This document shows, piece after piece, positions 49,850 to 62,063 of a stretch of DNA of 64,000 bases. Under the pieces are notes generated by a model. It searched no databases, had not been told where the DNA came from, and was given only the letters and a program-made list of their open reading frames with translations. Made by a program: the position numbers and the translations under genes. The DNA is from an uncultured Acidobacteriaceae bacterium (GTDB lineage Bacteria > Acidobacteriota > Terriglobia > Terriglobales > Acidobacteriaceae), in assembly GCA_963782505.1 (NCBI GenBank), contig CAWAKG010000023.1, forward strand, positions 10,409-74,408, in the 5' to 3' direction. Numbering within the stretch: the stretch's first letter is position 1; each line of letters begins with the position of its first letter.

Positions 49850-50602
49850 ATGAGCACTGCGCCCACCGCCGCCGTTCCCGAAGAAGCTCCCGCGCTCTCC
49901 CAAGTCGAGCGCGTCATTGACACCTTCATTGCACCGGCCAAGACCTTCACCGACATTCGCCGCAGCGCCAGTTGGTGGCTGCCGTGGCTGATAGGCGCCA
50001 TCGTCGGACTCGCGCTGGTTTACATCGTCGACACCAAAGTCGGCATGGACAAGGTCGCCGAGAACCAGATCCAGCTTCAGCCCAAGCAGGCGGCCAAGCT
50101 CGACCAGCTCCCCGCCGATCAGCGCGCCTCGCGGATGGAGCTTTCGGCCAAGATAACGCGCATCTTCGCTTACGGCTTTCCCGTTCTTAATCTGGTCATC
50201 GTCGCCATCATGGCCGCGGTGCTCATGGGCACCTTCAACTTCGGCCTCGGCGCCGAAGTCAGGTTCTGGCAATGTTTCGCCATTAGCATATACGCCTTTC
50301 TGCCCGGATTGATCAAGGCGCTGCTGGTCATCCTTACGCTAGTGATCGGTGGCGGCGAGAACTTCACCTTCCAGAACGAGCTGGCCAGCAATCTGGGTGT
50401 GCTGTTCGATCCCAACAGCTCGCACTTTCTGTATTCGGTCGCCTCCTCCGTTGACCTGTTCAACATCTGGATTCTGGTGCTGACCGGGATTGGCTACTCT
50501 TGCGTAACTCGCGTGAAACGCGGCACCTGCATGGGAGTGGTGTTTGCCTGGTGGGCGGTCGTCACACTCGGCGGCGCAGCCTTCGGCAGCCTGTTCTCCT
50601 GA
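49850..50602 (+). CDS. YIP1-family membrane protein
   Basis: Internal start MSTAPT follows GGAGA. 'VIDTFIAPAKTFTDIRRSASWWLPWL' plus 5 TM segments. Confidence 0.6.
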   Translation: MSTAPTAAVPEEAPALSQVERVIDTFIAPAKTFTDIRRSASWWLPWLIGAIVGLALVYIVDTKVGMDKVAENQIQLQPKQAAKLDQLPADQRASRMELSAKITRIFAYGFPVLNLVIVAIMAAVLMGTFNFGLGAEVRFWQCFAISIYAFLPGLIKALLVILTLVIGGGENFTFQNELASNLGVLFDPNSSHFLYSVASSVDLFNIWILVLTGIGYSCVTRVKRGTCMGVVFAWWAVVTLGGAAFGSLFS

Positions 50603-50899
50603 GCCCCCAGCTTGGGCAAGGGTAGCCTGTGGCCAGAGGGTGAGCCTGTTAGTTCCGCAAATGAAACTGGCATCTGAATTGGCGCGCCTTCATCTCCACG
50701 AGGCGCGAACATGGGTTATACTTCGGCTAATAGGGAGTTGCACAAAGAAAAGTCTGCCGGAATGGTGTTACCGGCAAAGGCGGGGCGCCTCATTATTCAT
50801 AAGCCCCGACGAGTTTCTTACTAAAGGCCCAACAGCGTCTATGGAAAGTGGCTTGCAGGCCGTTGTCCCAGCCGTTCCGGCCTACTAAGCCTGCCCCAG

Positions 50900-52024
<1,125 letters not shown>

Positions 52025-52113
52025 CCACAGCAGTTGGCACTTGGCAGGTAGCCCTTTACGCTTAGCCAAATGCTAAGTGCCAACTAACGGCCAAGTGTTA
52101 CATTCGTAATTTC

Positions 52114-53523
52114 ATGTTGAAGCCTGTTCTCACTGCCCTAACATGTGGCATTCTGCTGCTGTCCGCATCTCTTGCCTTCGCTCAGGCCGGCAGCGCCCAG
52201 GTGACCGGCTCGGTCACCTATCGCGAGCGCATCGCCCTGCCTCCGGATGCGATCATCGACGTTCAACTCGCCGATGTCTCCGTGGCCGATGTTGCCGCGC
52301 AAACAGTTGCAGAATCGTTTATCAATGCCGAAGGCCGACAGGTGTCGGTGCCCTTTACGCTGACCTACGATCCGGCGCAAATCGTGCCTGCGCATCATTA
52401 CTCGGTGCGCGCCACCATTCGCGCCGGCAACGGCATGATGATGTTCAGCAGCACGCAGGCCTACCCGGTCCTCACCCACGGCGCACCGTCGAAGGTGAAC
52501 CTGGTGCTTCACATGGTGGGACACAGCGGCAAGCCGGGTGCGTCTGCGAAGAAGCAGCACGAGCCTTCCGCACCCGAAGGTGCAGAGACTGCTTCGGCGA
52601 CTGCGCCATCGACGGCAGGAACGACGCCTGCGACGGGTGGGCCGACAAGTGCCACAACGGTTCCACCTGCCGCCGAGCCGCCGCCGTCGAATACAAAGGC
52701 CCCTGGTTCGCAGCCCGCGGAGCAAGCGCCGAAGCAGAAGGCCGAGCAATCGGCTGCGCCGCCCGAATCCGCGCCTGAGCAATCCGCCAAAGCTGCCGCC
52801 ACCGCGCCTGCCCAATCGGAGAGCGCGCCCGCTGCCAACGAGCCGCCGCCGGCCACAGAGTCGTCTTCCGCCGGACAGCCCTCCACCCAGCCCGAAACAC
52901 CCGCGCCCGCGGAAGCGCAATCCACCGCGCCTGAATCGGCAGTGCCATCGTCACCGGCTTCGGCTGCCGCACCCGAATCCGCGCCGGCGTCACAAGCTTC
53001 AACTGCGGCTACGCCGCCCGCAGCCAAGACTGTTGAGCCCGAACAGCCTTTGCCTGACTCGCCCTCGGCCACCAAGAGTGCCGAGCTCGCAGCCGAAGCG
53101 CCGGAGTCGACAGAAGCCGAGCCGCCGCCGGAGCCCATGCCCGAACGCCCGCGTCCCCTTGCTGTCACCGGTTCAACTCCCCTGGCCAACACGCAGTGGA
53201 GACTGGTGCAGCTCGGAGGGAAACAAGTGGTCATCACGCCGCCGCAGCGCCCCGTCACCCTGGCCTTCAGTCCGGAGGGCACGCGCATCGCCGGCTCGGC
53301 CGGCTGTAACAGCTATCTCGGCACCTTTACCGATGACCATGGCCATCTCAAGCTCAATCCCGGCGGCATGACGATGATGGCCTGCGCCGACCCCGCAGGC
53401 ACGCGCGAGCAGAAGTTCATTGCTATGCTGCATTCTGCCGACGGCTACAAAATCAGCGGCGACTATTTGCTGCTCACCAGCAATGGAAAAACAGTTGCCA
53501 AGTTCATAAATAATCCATTCTAA
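52114..53523 (+). CDS. Secreted fusion of a YbaY-like domain, a long P/A/S/E low-complexity linker and a META (HslJ-like) domain
   Basis: 469 aa. 'GSVTYRERIALPPDAIIDVQLADVS...' is YbaY-like. The central third is low complexity. The C-terminal 'TQWRLVQLGG...AGSAGCNSYLGTF...MMAC' is META. Confidence 0.65.
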   Translation: MLKPVLTALTCGILLLSASLAFAQAGSAQVTGSVTYRERIALPPDAIIDVQLADVSVADVAAQTVAESFINAEGRQVSVPFTLTYDPAQIVPAHHYSVRATIRAGNGMMMFSSTQAYPVLTHGAPSKVNLVLHMVGHSGKPGASAKKQHEPSAPEGAETASATAPSTAGTTPATGGPTSATTVPPAAEPPPSNTKAPGSQPAEQAPKQKAEQSAAPPESAPEQSAKAAATAPAQSESAPAANEPPPATESSSAGQPSTQPETPAPAEAQSTAPESAVPSSPASAAAPESAPASQASTAATPPAAKTVEPEQPLPDSPSATKSAELAAEAPESTEAEPPPEPMPERPRPLAVTGSTPLANTQWRLVQLGGKQVVITPPQRPVTLAFSPEGTRIAGSAGCNSYLGTFTDDHGHLKLNPGGMTMMACADPAGTREQKFIAMLHSADGYKISGDYLLLTSNGKTVAKFINNPF

Positions 53524-53598
53524 TGACCCGCTTCCGGAGCGACTACGTGACAGGCGCTGTCTTGGGTTATTTGACAACCGACAACGGACAACTGAATT

Positions 53599-53961
53599 AT
53601 GCCCACACTCATCGCACAACCCACACGCATCGCCGCCGCGGGCAACAAGCCCAAGCTCATCGACGAATACATCGGCCGGGTAAACTCGCAGACCACTGCG
53701 GCCAGCGTGGCTCACATGCGCTCACCCAGCGGATGGGTCGAGCGGGGACAGACCCCTGAGTTCGACGAGTTCACCATCGTGTTGCGCGGTACGCTGCACG
53801 TGAAGAGCAAGAAAGGTGAGTTCGACGTGAACGCCGGCCAGGCCGTCATCGCTCACGCCGGCGAGTGGGTGCAGTACTCCACGCCCGGCCCCGAGGGCGC
53901 GGAGTACATCGCCGTCTGCGTGCCCGCATTCGACATGAACACGGTGCACCGCGACGGGTAG
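53599..53961 (+). CDS. Cupin-domain protein
   Basis: 120 aa with beta-barrel-type sequence 'FTIVLRGTLHVKSKKGEFDVNAGQAVIAHAGEWVQYS'. Confidence 0.6.
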   Translation: MPTLIAQPTRIAAAGNKPKLIDEYIGRVNSQTTAASVAHMRSPSGWVERGQTPEFDEFTIVLRGTLHVKSKKGEFDVNAGQAVIAHAGEWVQYSTPGPEGAEYIAVCVPAFDMNTVHRDG

Positions 53962-53970
53962 TCGCGCTCT

Positions 53971-55657
53971 CTACATCTCCCCTAGCGTCCGATGCACCAG
54001 GCTGATGGCCATCGAACCTTCGCCTACCGCCGACGCCACTCGCTTGACGTTGCCCGAACGCACGTCGCCCACGGCGAAGACACCGGGCAGGGTGGTCTCC
54101 AGCATCTGTGGCGGACGGCGCAGCGGCCAGCCGGCAGATTGCAGTACGGCGGTGTCGATGTCGCGGCCGGTGAGGACAAATCCTTTGTTGTCGAGTGCGA
54201 GGCAGCCTCGCAGCCAATCAGTACGCGGCGACGCCCCGGTCATCATGAACACATGATGAATGTCGCGTGTCGCGCTCTCGCCAGTGGCTTTGTCCTGCCA
54301 GGTGACGCGCTCGAGTTGGGCATTGCCCTCCAGATCAGTGATCTCGGTGTGGTAGTGCAGTTCGATCTTCGGGTTCTCCTCGATGCGGCGAATGAGGTAG
54401 CGCGACATGGTGTCGGCAAGCTGTCCCGAGCGCACCAGCATGTAGACCTTGCCCGCGGTTTGCGAAAGAAACACCGCGGCCTGTCCGGCCGAGTTCCCTC
54501 CGCCCACCACGATGATGTCGTCGCCTTCGCAGAGCTGCGACTCCATGAACGTCGCACCGTAGTAGATCCCCAAACCATCGAAGCGCGACAGGTTGGGAAT
54601 GGGTGGCCTGTTGTATTGGGCTCCGGTTGCGATAACCACGGTACGGGCGGCGAGCTTGGTATCGTCTTCCAGAAGAATGTGGTAGGGGCGCCGCTGGCAA
54701 CTGAGCCGCACGGCGCTGCGCGAGACCATGATGTTGGCGCCAAACTTAACTGCCTGCGTCATGGCCCGGTTCGTCAGCTCCTGGCCCGAAATGCCGGTGG
54801 GAAATCCGAGGTAGTTTTCGATCTTGGAGCTCGAGCCCGCCTGTCCGCCGGGATTAGCGGTTTCCACCAGCAGCGCGTTGAGCCCCTCAGAGGCAGCATA
54901 GACTGCGGCCGCCAGGCCCGAAGGACCTCCGCCCACGATGATCAGATCGCGGATTGTGCTTTGATCGACGTTCGCGTTCAAGCCCAGGCAATCGGCCAGT
55001 TGCTGAATCGATGGGTTTCTCAACACGTGGATGCCGTTGCAGATGGTGACCGGAATCTGATCAGGCGTAATGTCGAAACGATCCAGCAGCTCCTGCGACG
55101 AGGTGTCCGTGTCCAGATCGCGATACTGATATGGATAGCCATTGCGGCCCAAAAACTCGCGCAGCCGTAGCGTGCCCGCCGAGTGGCGCGAACCCAGCAG
55201 AATTACGTTGCCCAGGCCGCCACTGATTAAGGCGAGGCGACGCAGGATGAACGCTCGAAGAAAGATCTCGCTGAGCTCCGCATCGCGTCCGATCAGTGCA
55301 CGAAAGTCCTCGTGCCTCAGCTCCAGAAAATCGCCCGCGCTCGCCACACGTCCCAACATAAAGGCGCGCTGCCCCGACATGGTGGTGATTTCTCCGGCGA
55401 AGCTGCCCGCGATGTGGGTCACAACCACCGGCTGGTCTAGCTTGGCTGGGCTGCACGATTTCCAGGCTGCCGGAAAGCAGCACGAAAAAGGGCACGTGCT
55501 CATCGCCCGGCTGGAATAGAACGTCGCCGGGCTCAACATGTCGAACCCTTGCCCAAGGACGAATGCGGTCAATCTGCGCGGGAGTGAGGTGCGGAAAAAT
55601 CTGGGCCTGGTAGTCGAGAGCGCTGGGAGGAAGAGTCGCGGACAATGTCATGGCCAT
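53971..55657 (-). pseudogene. Cyclic-nucleotide-binding domain fused to a thioredoxin-reductase-like FAD/NAD(P) oxidoreductase; frameshifted as sequenced
   Basis: The N-terminus in ORF 55061..55657 ('...HVEPGDVLFQPGDEHVPFFVLLSGSLEIVQPS') continues in ORF 53971..55572 ('AKLDQPVVVTHIAGSFAGEI...IIVGGGPSGLAAA...'). The frames switch near 55445-55455. Confidence 0.75.
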
Positions 55658-55820
55658 CCTTACTCTATGAAAAGTTGCCGTGCAGCAGTAGATGATGGGA
55701 AGGGTGGCCGGGCTTCAGGGCCGCGTGGATTGGGTGTCAGATATCAGGTGTCTGCGAGGTTTGTACCATACCAGGGCGCGCAGCTTTTGCTGCCGGGATG
55801 TGCAGAGGCTCGGATCGCCG

Positions 55821-55976
55821 CTTTGTATCAAGGCCTGACTTTCAGTCGGGCCGTGACAGGCCAGGAATCTTGCGGGCTTCAGCCCCCTGACCCGAGAGGC
55901 GCGAAGGGGGCTAAAGCCCAAAACAAGACACAAGGGCGATTTTCCGCCCGGCTAAAAGTCGGGCCCTGATACAAAG
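55821..55976. repeat. MITE/REP-like element bounded by 15-nt inverted repeats
   Basis: CTTTGTATCAAGGCC (55821-55835) pairs with GGCCCTGATACAAAG (55962-55976). The interior holds GGGCTTCAGCCCC and GGGGCTAAAGCCC hairpin-prone motifs like those at 20554-20653. Confidence 0.65.
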
Positions 55977-56103
55977 CTCGATGTGGCCGCGTTTGCCGGT
56001 TGGCAAATCTCTTAAAGCTGGTAGCTCTGAGCTAACGGCTCATAGCTGACAACTGTCCTTCCCGACACCCGGCCCCTGACACCTTTTTCTATAATCAAAC
56101 CTT

Positions 56104-57390
56104 ATGCCCTCGTTCCTGCCAGTCGCCGAACAACTGGAATACCTGCGCAAAGGCGCGTCTGAAATCATTCGCGAAGGTGATCTCTGCGAGCGCCTCGAGA
56201 AATCGTTGCGCACCGGCAAGCCCATGCGAGTAAAAGCGGGCTTCGATCCCACCGCGCCAGACCTGCATCTGGGACACACCGTGCTCATCCGCAAGCTCAA
56301 GCACTTTCAGGACATGGGCCACACCGTCATCTTCCTCATCGGAGACTTCACCGGGCTCATCGGCGATCCCTCGGGCCGCTCGACTACGCGTCCGCCGCTT
56401 ACCCGCGAGCAGATCGACGCTAACGCCGAGACTTACAAGGCGCAAGTCTTCAAGATCCTCGACCGCGACAAGACTGAGGTGCGCTTCAACAGCGACTGGC
56501 TGGGCAAGCTGGGATTCGAAGGCTTCATCCGGCTGGCGGCGAAGTTTACCGTCTCGCAGATGCTGGAGCGCGAAGACTTCCACAAGCGCTTCACCGAAGA
56601 GAAGCCAATCGCCATGCACGAGCTGCTGTACCCCATCGCGCAGGGCTACGACTCAGTGGCGCTCGAAGCCGATGTGGAGCTCGGCGGCACCGATCAGAAG
56701 TTCAACCTGCTCATGGGCCGCCAACTGCAACGTGACTATAACCAGCCGCCGCAGATCGTGCTGACCATGCCGCTGCTGGAAGGCACCGACGGCGTGCAGA
56801 AGATGTCGAAGTCGTATGGGAATTACATCGGCATCACCGAGCCGCGGCAGGAGATATTTGGGAAGGTGATGTCCATATCCGACGAGCTGATGTGGCGCTA
56901 TTACGAGCTGCTCACCGACCTGACGACGCGCGAAATCGACGCAGCTCGAGCAGGCGGTGGCGAAGGGCACAGCCCACCCCATGAAGCTCAAGCAGGACTT
57001 GGGCAAGCGCATCGTCGCGGACTTCCATGGATTCGAAGCGGCCGAGCATGCGGCAGCAAGATTGGTCAGCAGCATGTTTCAGCAGCGGTGGCGCCGGAAG
57101 ATCATGCCGTTGTCAGTGTGAAGTTTGAAGAGGTGGCTGTCCCATGGGAACCGGCGTCGGCCGCAGACGGAGTTGCCCAGGTAAGGCTCGACAAGTTGCT
57201 TCATCGCACCCGGCCGTTGGCGACCAGTGCCAGTGATGGAGTGCTGCAAGCTGAAACAAAGGGCCAGTGGAGCGTCGACGGAGAAATCGAAAACTGATAT
57301 GCTCCCGCGGTGAAGCTCGGCTCCGAGTTCACGCTGAGGGCGACTCCAACAGAAGATCGTCCGGGTGACGCGTGGAGGCCGTGAAGGATC
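56104..57390 (+). pseudogene. tyrS: Tyrosine--tRNA ligase with several frame changes in its 3' quarter as sequenced
   Basis: The first ~280 aa are intact ('HLGH', 'KMSKS'). From ~56941 the recognisable sequence '[39 protein letters not shown]' lies in another frame. It returns near ~57057, and S4-like pieces ('...SVDGE', 'KIVRVTRGG') are scattered over frames up to ~57390. Confidence 0.75.
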
Positions 57391-58253
57391 GCATGTCTTC
57401 ACACCGGATTTTATATATCCTACCTGTGTTATAATCCACAGCGCGTGGCCCGGCAAGATGCCGCGTGGCTTGTCGAAACCAGAGAAGGACGAGACGATGC
57501 CGCTCCTGGTGGCAGTCCGCGCAACGGTCTAATCTCACCATGGCCGAACAAGTTGGTGCGAGGGCATCGAGGAGTGAAGAAGCCTTGCCAACGTCAACTT
57601 CGCGCATCGGCGCTGAAGCTCACGTCCGCGCGCGGCTAGAAATAGTCATCGAGAGTAACAGCCATGGCCAGCTACACGGTGGACGTTATCCATTCACCGG
57701 TTACCGCTTACGTAGAACCATCTCCGAGTAGCATCGCGGTCGCAAAAAGAAGCACGGAAGAGGAGACCGGTGGGGAGCGCAAGTCCTAGATCCGGAATTC
57801 GACGGACGACGGTAGAGGAGATCGTTCGTAACCGCAAGCCTCGGAATCGCTCGCAGACTGGATCGGGGCGAATGATCCTCGAGACGGTCAGCATTGTGGG
57901 ATCGCCGGCGAAAGGCGTGGGCATACTGTTTCCCACATACTCGAACGGGTACGCGCATCGCCGAGGCAAGCCGCGAAGCGGCATCTCGTCTGGCATTGGA
58001 GCGATCTTAAGGCGACGCGGCCGTGACGGCGCATGGAACTGCTGGAATGTTCGGCGTGCGCAAACCAGGTATGAACCGAATGCCCGCGCATTTCCAGATG
58101 ATTCCCGGCCTAAGCAGCGCTTCGCTTTATAAACCGGCTTGAAATTGAGCTCGCCTCGTCGGGGCGGTTTCGCGCGTGTCTCGGCAACCGCCGCTTCTTG
58201 CTTCTCTGCCCCATTCCACCGCACAATAGGGGCCAAGACCGGGAGAGCCGCCT

Positions 58254-61042
58254 TTGGACATCGATGCCGGAAGCACCCTTCTGCAGTACACCATTGTTCG
58301 CCGCCTGGGAGCGGGCGGCATGGGCGTGGTCTACGAAGCCGAAGACAGCAAGCTTGGCCGCCATGTCGCCCTGAAGTTTCTGTCCGGCGAAGCCGAGCAG
58401 GACATCACGCGCTGGAGCGCTTCAAGCAGGAGGCGCGTGCCGCCTCGGCCCTGAACCACCCGAACATCTGCACCATCTACGCCATTGAGGAGTGCGACGG
58501 GCACAGCTTCATCGCCATGGAGCTGCTCGAAGGCCAGAGCCTCGACGAGAAGATCAACGGCTACGCGATGACCCTGGACAAAATCCTTGACATCGGTATT
58601 CAGGTGACGGACGCGCTCGACGTGGCCCACCACAAAGGTATCGTGCACCGCGACCTGAAGCCCGCGAACATCTTCATCACCACGCGCGGACAGGCCAAGA
58701 TTCTCGATTTCGGACTTGCGAAACTGATTCGCGACCGCCGCGCGGCGATGGAAACCATCGGCGGCGATGAGCCGACCTATGCAGCGCCCCACCTGACCTC
58801 GCCCGGAACTGCGGTCGGGACGGTCGCCTATATGTCGCCGGAGCAGGCACGCGGCGAGGAACTCGATGGCCGCAGCGACCTCTTCTCGATGGGGTCGATC
58901 CTCTACGAGATGGCAACCGGCCGCATTCCCTTCGCGGGCAACACCTCCGCCGTGATCTTCAGCGAGATCCTCACGCGCAATCCACCGGCGCCGACCGAGT
59001 TCAACTCCGCGCTAGCGCCAAGGCTGGAGGAGATCATCGGCAAAGCGCTGGAGAAGGACGTCGATCTACGCTATCAGACGGCAGCCGAGATGCGCGGCGA
59101 CTTGAAGCGGCTGAAGCGCGACAGCGACTCGGGCAAGGTCGCAGCCCATACTTCGACCGGATTTGCCCCGGCAGGGACCTCACCAGCCTCTTCTCCTGCA
59201 CAGCCCACTTCCAGCTCGTCGGAGACGCCCAGCGCGCAGATGCTCGCGGCGCAAGCGCATCCCAGCTCCCCCGTCATCCAGGCGGCACGCGAGCACAAAG
59301 GCCGCACGGGACTGGTGCTCGCCATCGCCCTCGTGGTGCTGGCGGCAGCCGCTTTCGGCGTCTACTCGTTCTTCCAATCCAGAAAAAACGGTGCGCAGCC
59401 GTTTCAGAACGTCAGCTTTGAGAAGCTCACTGACTCGGGCAAGGTCAAGCTGGCTACGATCTCCGCTGACGGCCGTTACCTGTTCAACGTTCACTATGAT
59501 GGCCGCGGCACCCAGAGCTTGTGGATGCGGCAGATCGCTACCGGCAGCGACAAAGAGATCATCCCTGCCACCGAGGCGCGGTACGTCGGCCTGACGTTTT
59601 CACCTGACGGGAATTATCTCTACTTTGTGCGCAACGAGCCACAGCGACCGGACATAAATTTTCTCTATCAGGTCCCGACGCTGGGAGGCACTCCCCGGTT
59701 ACTGATTACCGACGTGGACAGTGCGGTGAGTTTCGCGCCCGACGGCAAGCGGTTCGTGTTCCTGCGCGACAGCGGCGTCGAGGCGAACTCCAAGCTGATC
59801 ATCGCCAATGCCGACGGCAGCGATGAGCGCGTGCTCGCCACGCTTCCCTTGCCCGGCTACAAGGACCCGGCGTGGTCGCCCGACGGCAAGACCATCGCGG
59901 CTGCGATTCTCGATCCCGGCGGCGAGAACCTGGGCAGGATCGTGGGACTGGATCCGGAGACGGGCAAGGAGCGCACCCTCTACGCGGCGACCGCCCAGCT
60001 CAGCAAGCCGACATGGCTTCCCGACAGCAAGACTCTGGCCCTGATCTTTCAGGATGTGTCGACCAACTGGAACGCGCAGATCGGAGAGGTGAGCGCGCGT
60101 GATGGGCAGTTCCGGCGCATCAGCAACGACCTGAATGATTACAGCGTGGCTACCCTGGCTGCCACCAGCGACGGCAAAGAATTGGTCGCTGTGCAGTCGA
60201 CTCCGGATGTCGGCATTTATACGATGAGTTCGGAGCCGAACCCTCCGGGCGCTCCCACCATGGTCGACAATCGGGAAGACGCGTACGTTGGCTGGACCAA
60301 TGACGGAAAGCTCGTGGCCATCGACTGGGAGGGCCACATCGTGAGCATGAATGCCGATGGCAGCAATCGCACCGTGGTATATTCCAACCGGCTATTCATG
60401 ACCAACCTCTCCGTCTGCCAGGATGGAAGGCGTGTTCTTTTCAGCATGCCCAACAAAGAGACCAAGGGGTTGAGCGTTTTCCTGCTCGATCTGCAGGCCG
60501 GAACCACGAAGCCCATAACTTTCGGCAAAGCTGATTTGAATGCGTTCTGCTCGCCCGACAGTACGTTCTTCCTCTACACCAAGCTGGAGAATGGGAAGAA
60601 GCTCTTGACGCGCCAGCCGCTCAACGGAGGCGAAGCCAAGCAGATTTCCACTGACTTTGCCGAGTTCGGCAGCTTAACGGCCGACGGAAAAACCGCAGCC
60701 GTACTTACCTTCGAGGGTAAAGGCCTGGATACCAAGACCGTGATCAAGCTCATCGACGCCGACGGCGGCCCGGTAACGAAGACGATCCATCCGGTCAAGT
60801 CGATATCGGGCTTGATGACGTTCTCGCCCGATGGCGAATACCTCTACTATCCGGTCATTGAGCACGGGGTTTCCAACCTGGTAAAGCAATCGGTCGACGG
60901 CGGCGATCCGGTTCCGGTAACGCACTTCGATGATCTCGTAATCTACGATTATTCTTACGACTGGGCCAACAAGAAGCTCGCGGTAACCCGTGGCCGGTCC
61001 AACAGCGACGCGGTGCTCATTAAAGACCAGCGGGCGGAGTGA
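58254..61042 (+). pseudogene. Ser/Thr protein kinase with TM segment and C-terminal TolB-like (PD40) beta-propeller; frameshifted near the N-terminus as sequenced
   Basis: ORF 58254..58454 holds '[12 protein letters not shown]...VALKFL'. ORF 58139..61042 holds '[18 protein letters not shown]...HRDLKPANI...DFGLA...' plus PD40-like repeats. The frames switch near 58400-58408. Confidence 0.8.
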
Positions 61043-61073
61043 AATTCAAACTGGCGGGGTTATAGAGGAAGCA

Positions 61074-62063
61074 ATGTTCTGCACCAACTGCGGCGAGCAG
61101 ATGCGCGATACTGACAAGTTCTGCGCCGAATGTGGCGCTCCGGCGGCCCCGCGGCCAGCGAAGAAGCGGACGGCGTCCGCGGCCCCGGCAGGGCAACCGG
61201 CGCCGCCGCAAGCGATCCCTGCTCCGGCGCGGGTACCTCAGCCACCGCAACCGGCTCTGTCGCCCCAGGAACAGCAGCAGGTCCTGCTGGAGGCCGAGGA
61301 GATTGCTTCCGTGCGTGGCATGACACCCATCGATCTGCTCCCGGAGATCGTACCGGCGGCGGCGCGGAAGGCCGCACCCCAAGCCGTCGCGACACAGACG
61401 TGTGCCTCATGCGGACGGGCGAATCCGGCGGGGAACCAGTTCTGCGAAGGCTGTGGCCGCGCCTTGCAAGCCGCTCCAGCGCGATCGGTACCAGCGCCGA
61501 TTACGCAGACTAGCTGGCTGGATGACAAGGAGCAGGCTTCGCGGCCCGTCGCAGCGCCGGTGGCACCGCCTGCGGAAGCCCCAGCCGCGCCGGCTGCGAC
61601 GGCCACTCCTGCCGCCGCTCAGGATGACAATTTCTTCTACTACTACGACGACAAAGTGGCGCACCGTGGCAATCGCACGCTGCTCATCGTGCTGCTGGTT
61701 GTGCTCGTGGCGGCGATTGGAGTCGTGTCTTACCTGATGCTGCGCCCGCCAGCGAAGAGCGCTGCCGCGGGCAATGTCACGGTGACTCTCTCTCCTGAGG
61801 AAGCCAAGGTTGTGGCTGGCGGGACCCAGGACTTCGCCGCGACCGTCAAAGGCACCGGCGACATCGATGTCACCTGGTCTGTAGCGGAAGGTGACACTGG
61901 CGGAAAGGTGGTGAACCGAGGGGCGCAGGCCGAGGGAGGCAGTGTCGCTATCATGGCGATTTACGCCGCTCCCAAAACGCCGGGCACGTATCACGTGGTG
62001 GCTACGAGCAAAGGCGATCCCGCGAAATCCGCGACCGCAGAGGTGACGGTCACAGAGCAGTAA
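61074..62063 (+). CDS. Zinc-ribbon / Pro-rich / single-TM protein with a C-terminal Ig-like domain
   Basis: Internal start 'MFCTNCGEQMRDTDKFCAECG' follows GAGGAAG. A second ribbon reads 'CASCGRANPAGNQFCEGCG'. One TM helix, and a C-terminal 'VTVTLSPEEAKVVAGGTQDFAATV' Big_2-like segment. Confidence 0.65.
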   Translation: MFCTNCGEQMRDTDKFCAECGAPAAPRPAKKRTASAAPAGQPAPPQAIPAPARVPQPPQPALSPQEQQQVLLEAEEIASVRGMTPIDLLPEIVPAAARKAAPQAVATQTCASCGRANPAGNQFCEGCGRALQAAPARSVPAPITQTSWLDDKEQASRPVAAPVAPPAEAPAAPAATATPAAAQDDNFFYYYDDKVAHRGNRTLLIVLLVVLVAAIGVVSYLMLRPPAKSAAAGNVTVTLSPEEAKVVAGGTQDFAATVKGTGDIDVTWSVAEGDTGGKVVNRGAQAEGGSVAIMAIYAAPKTPGTYHVVATSKGDPAKSATAEVTVTEQ

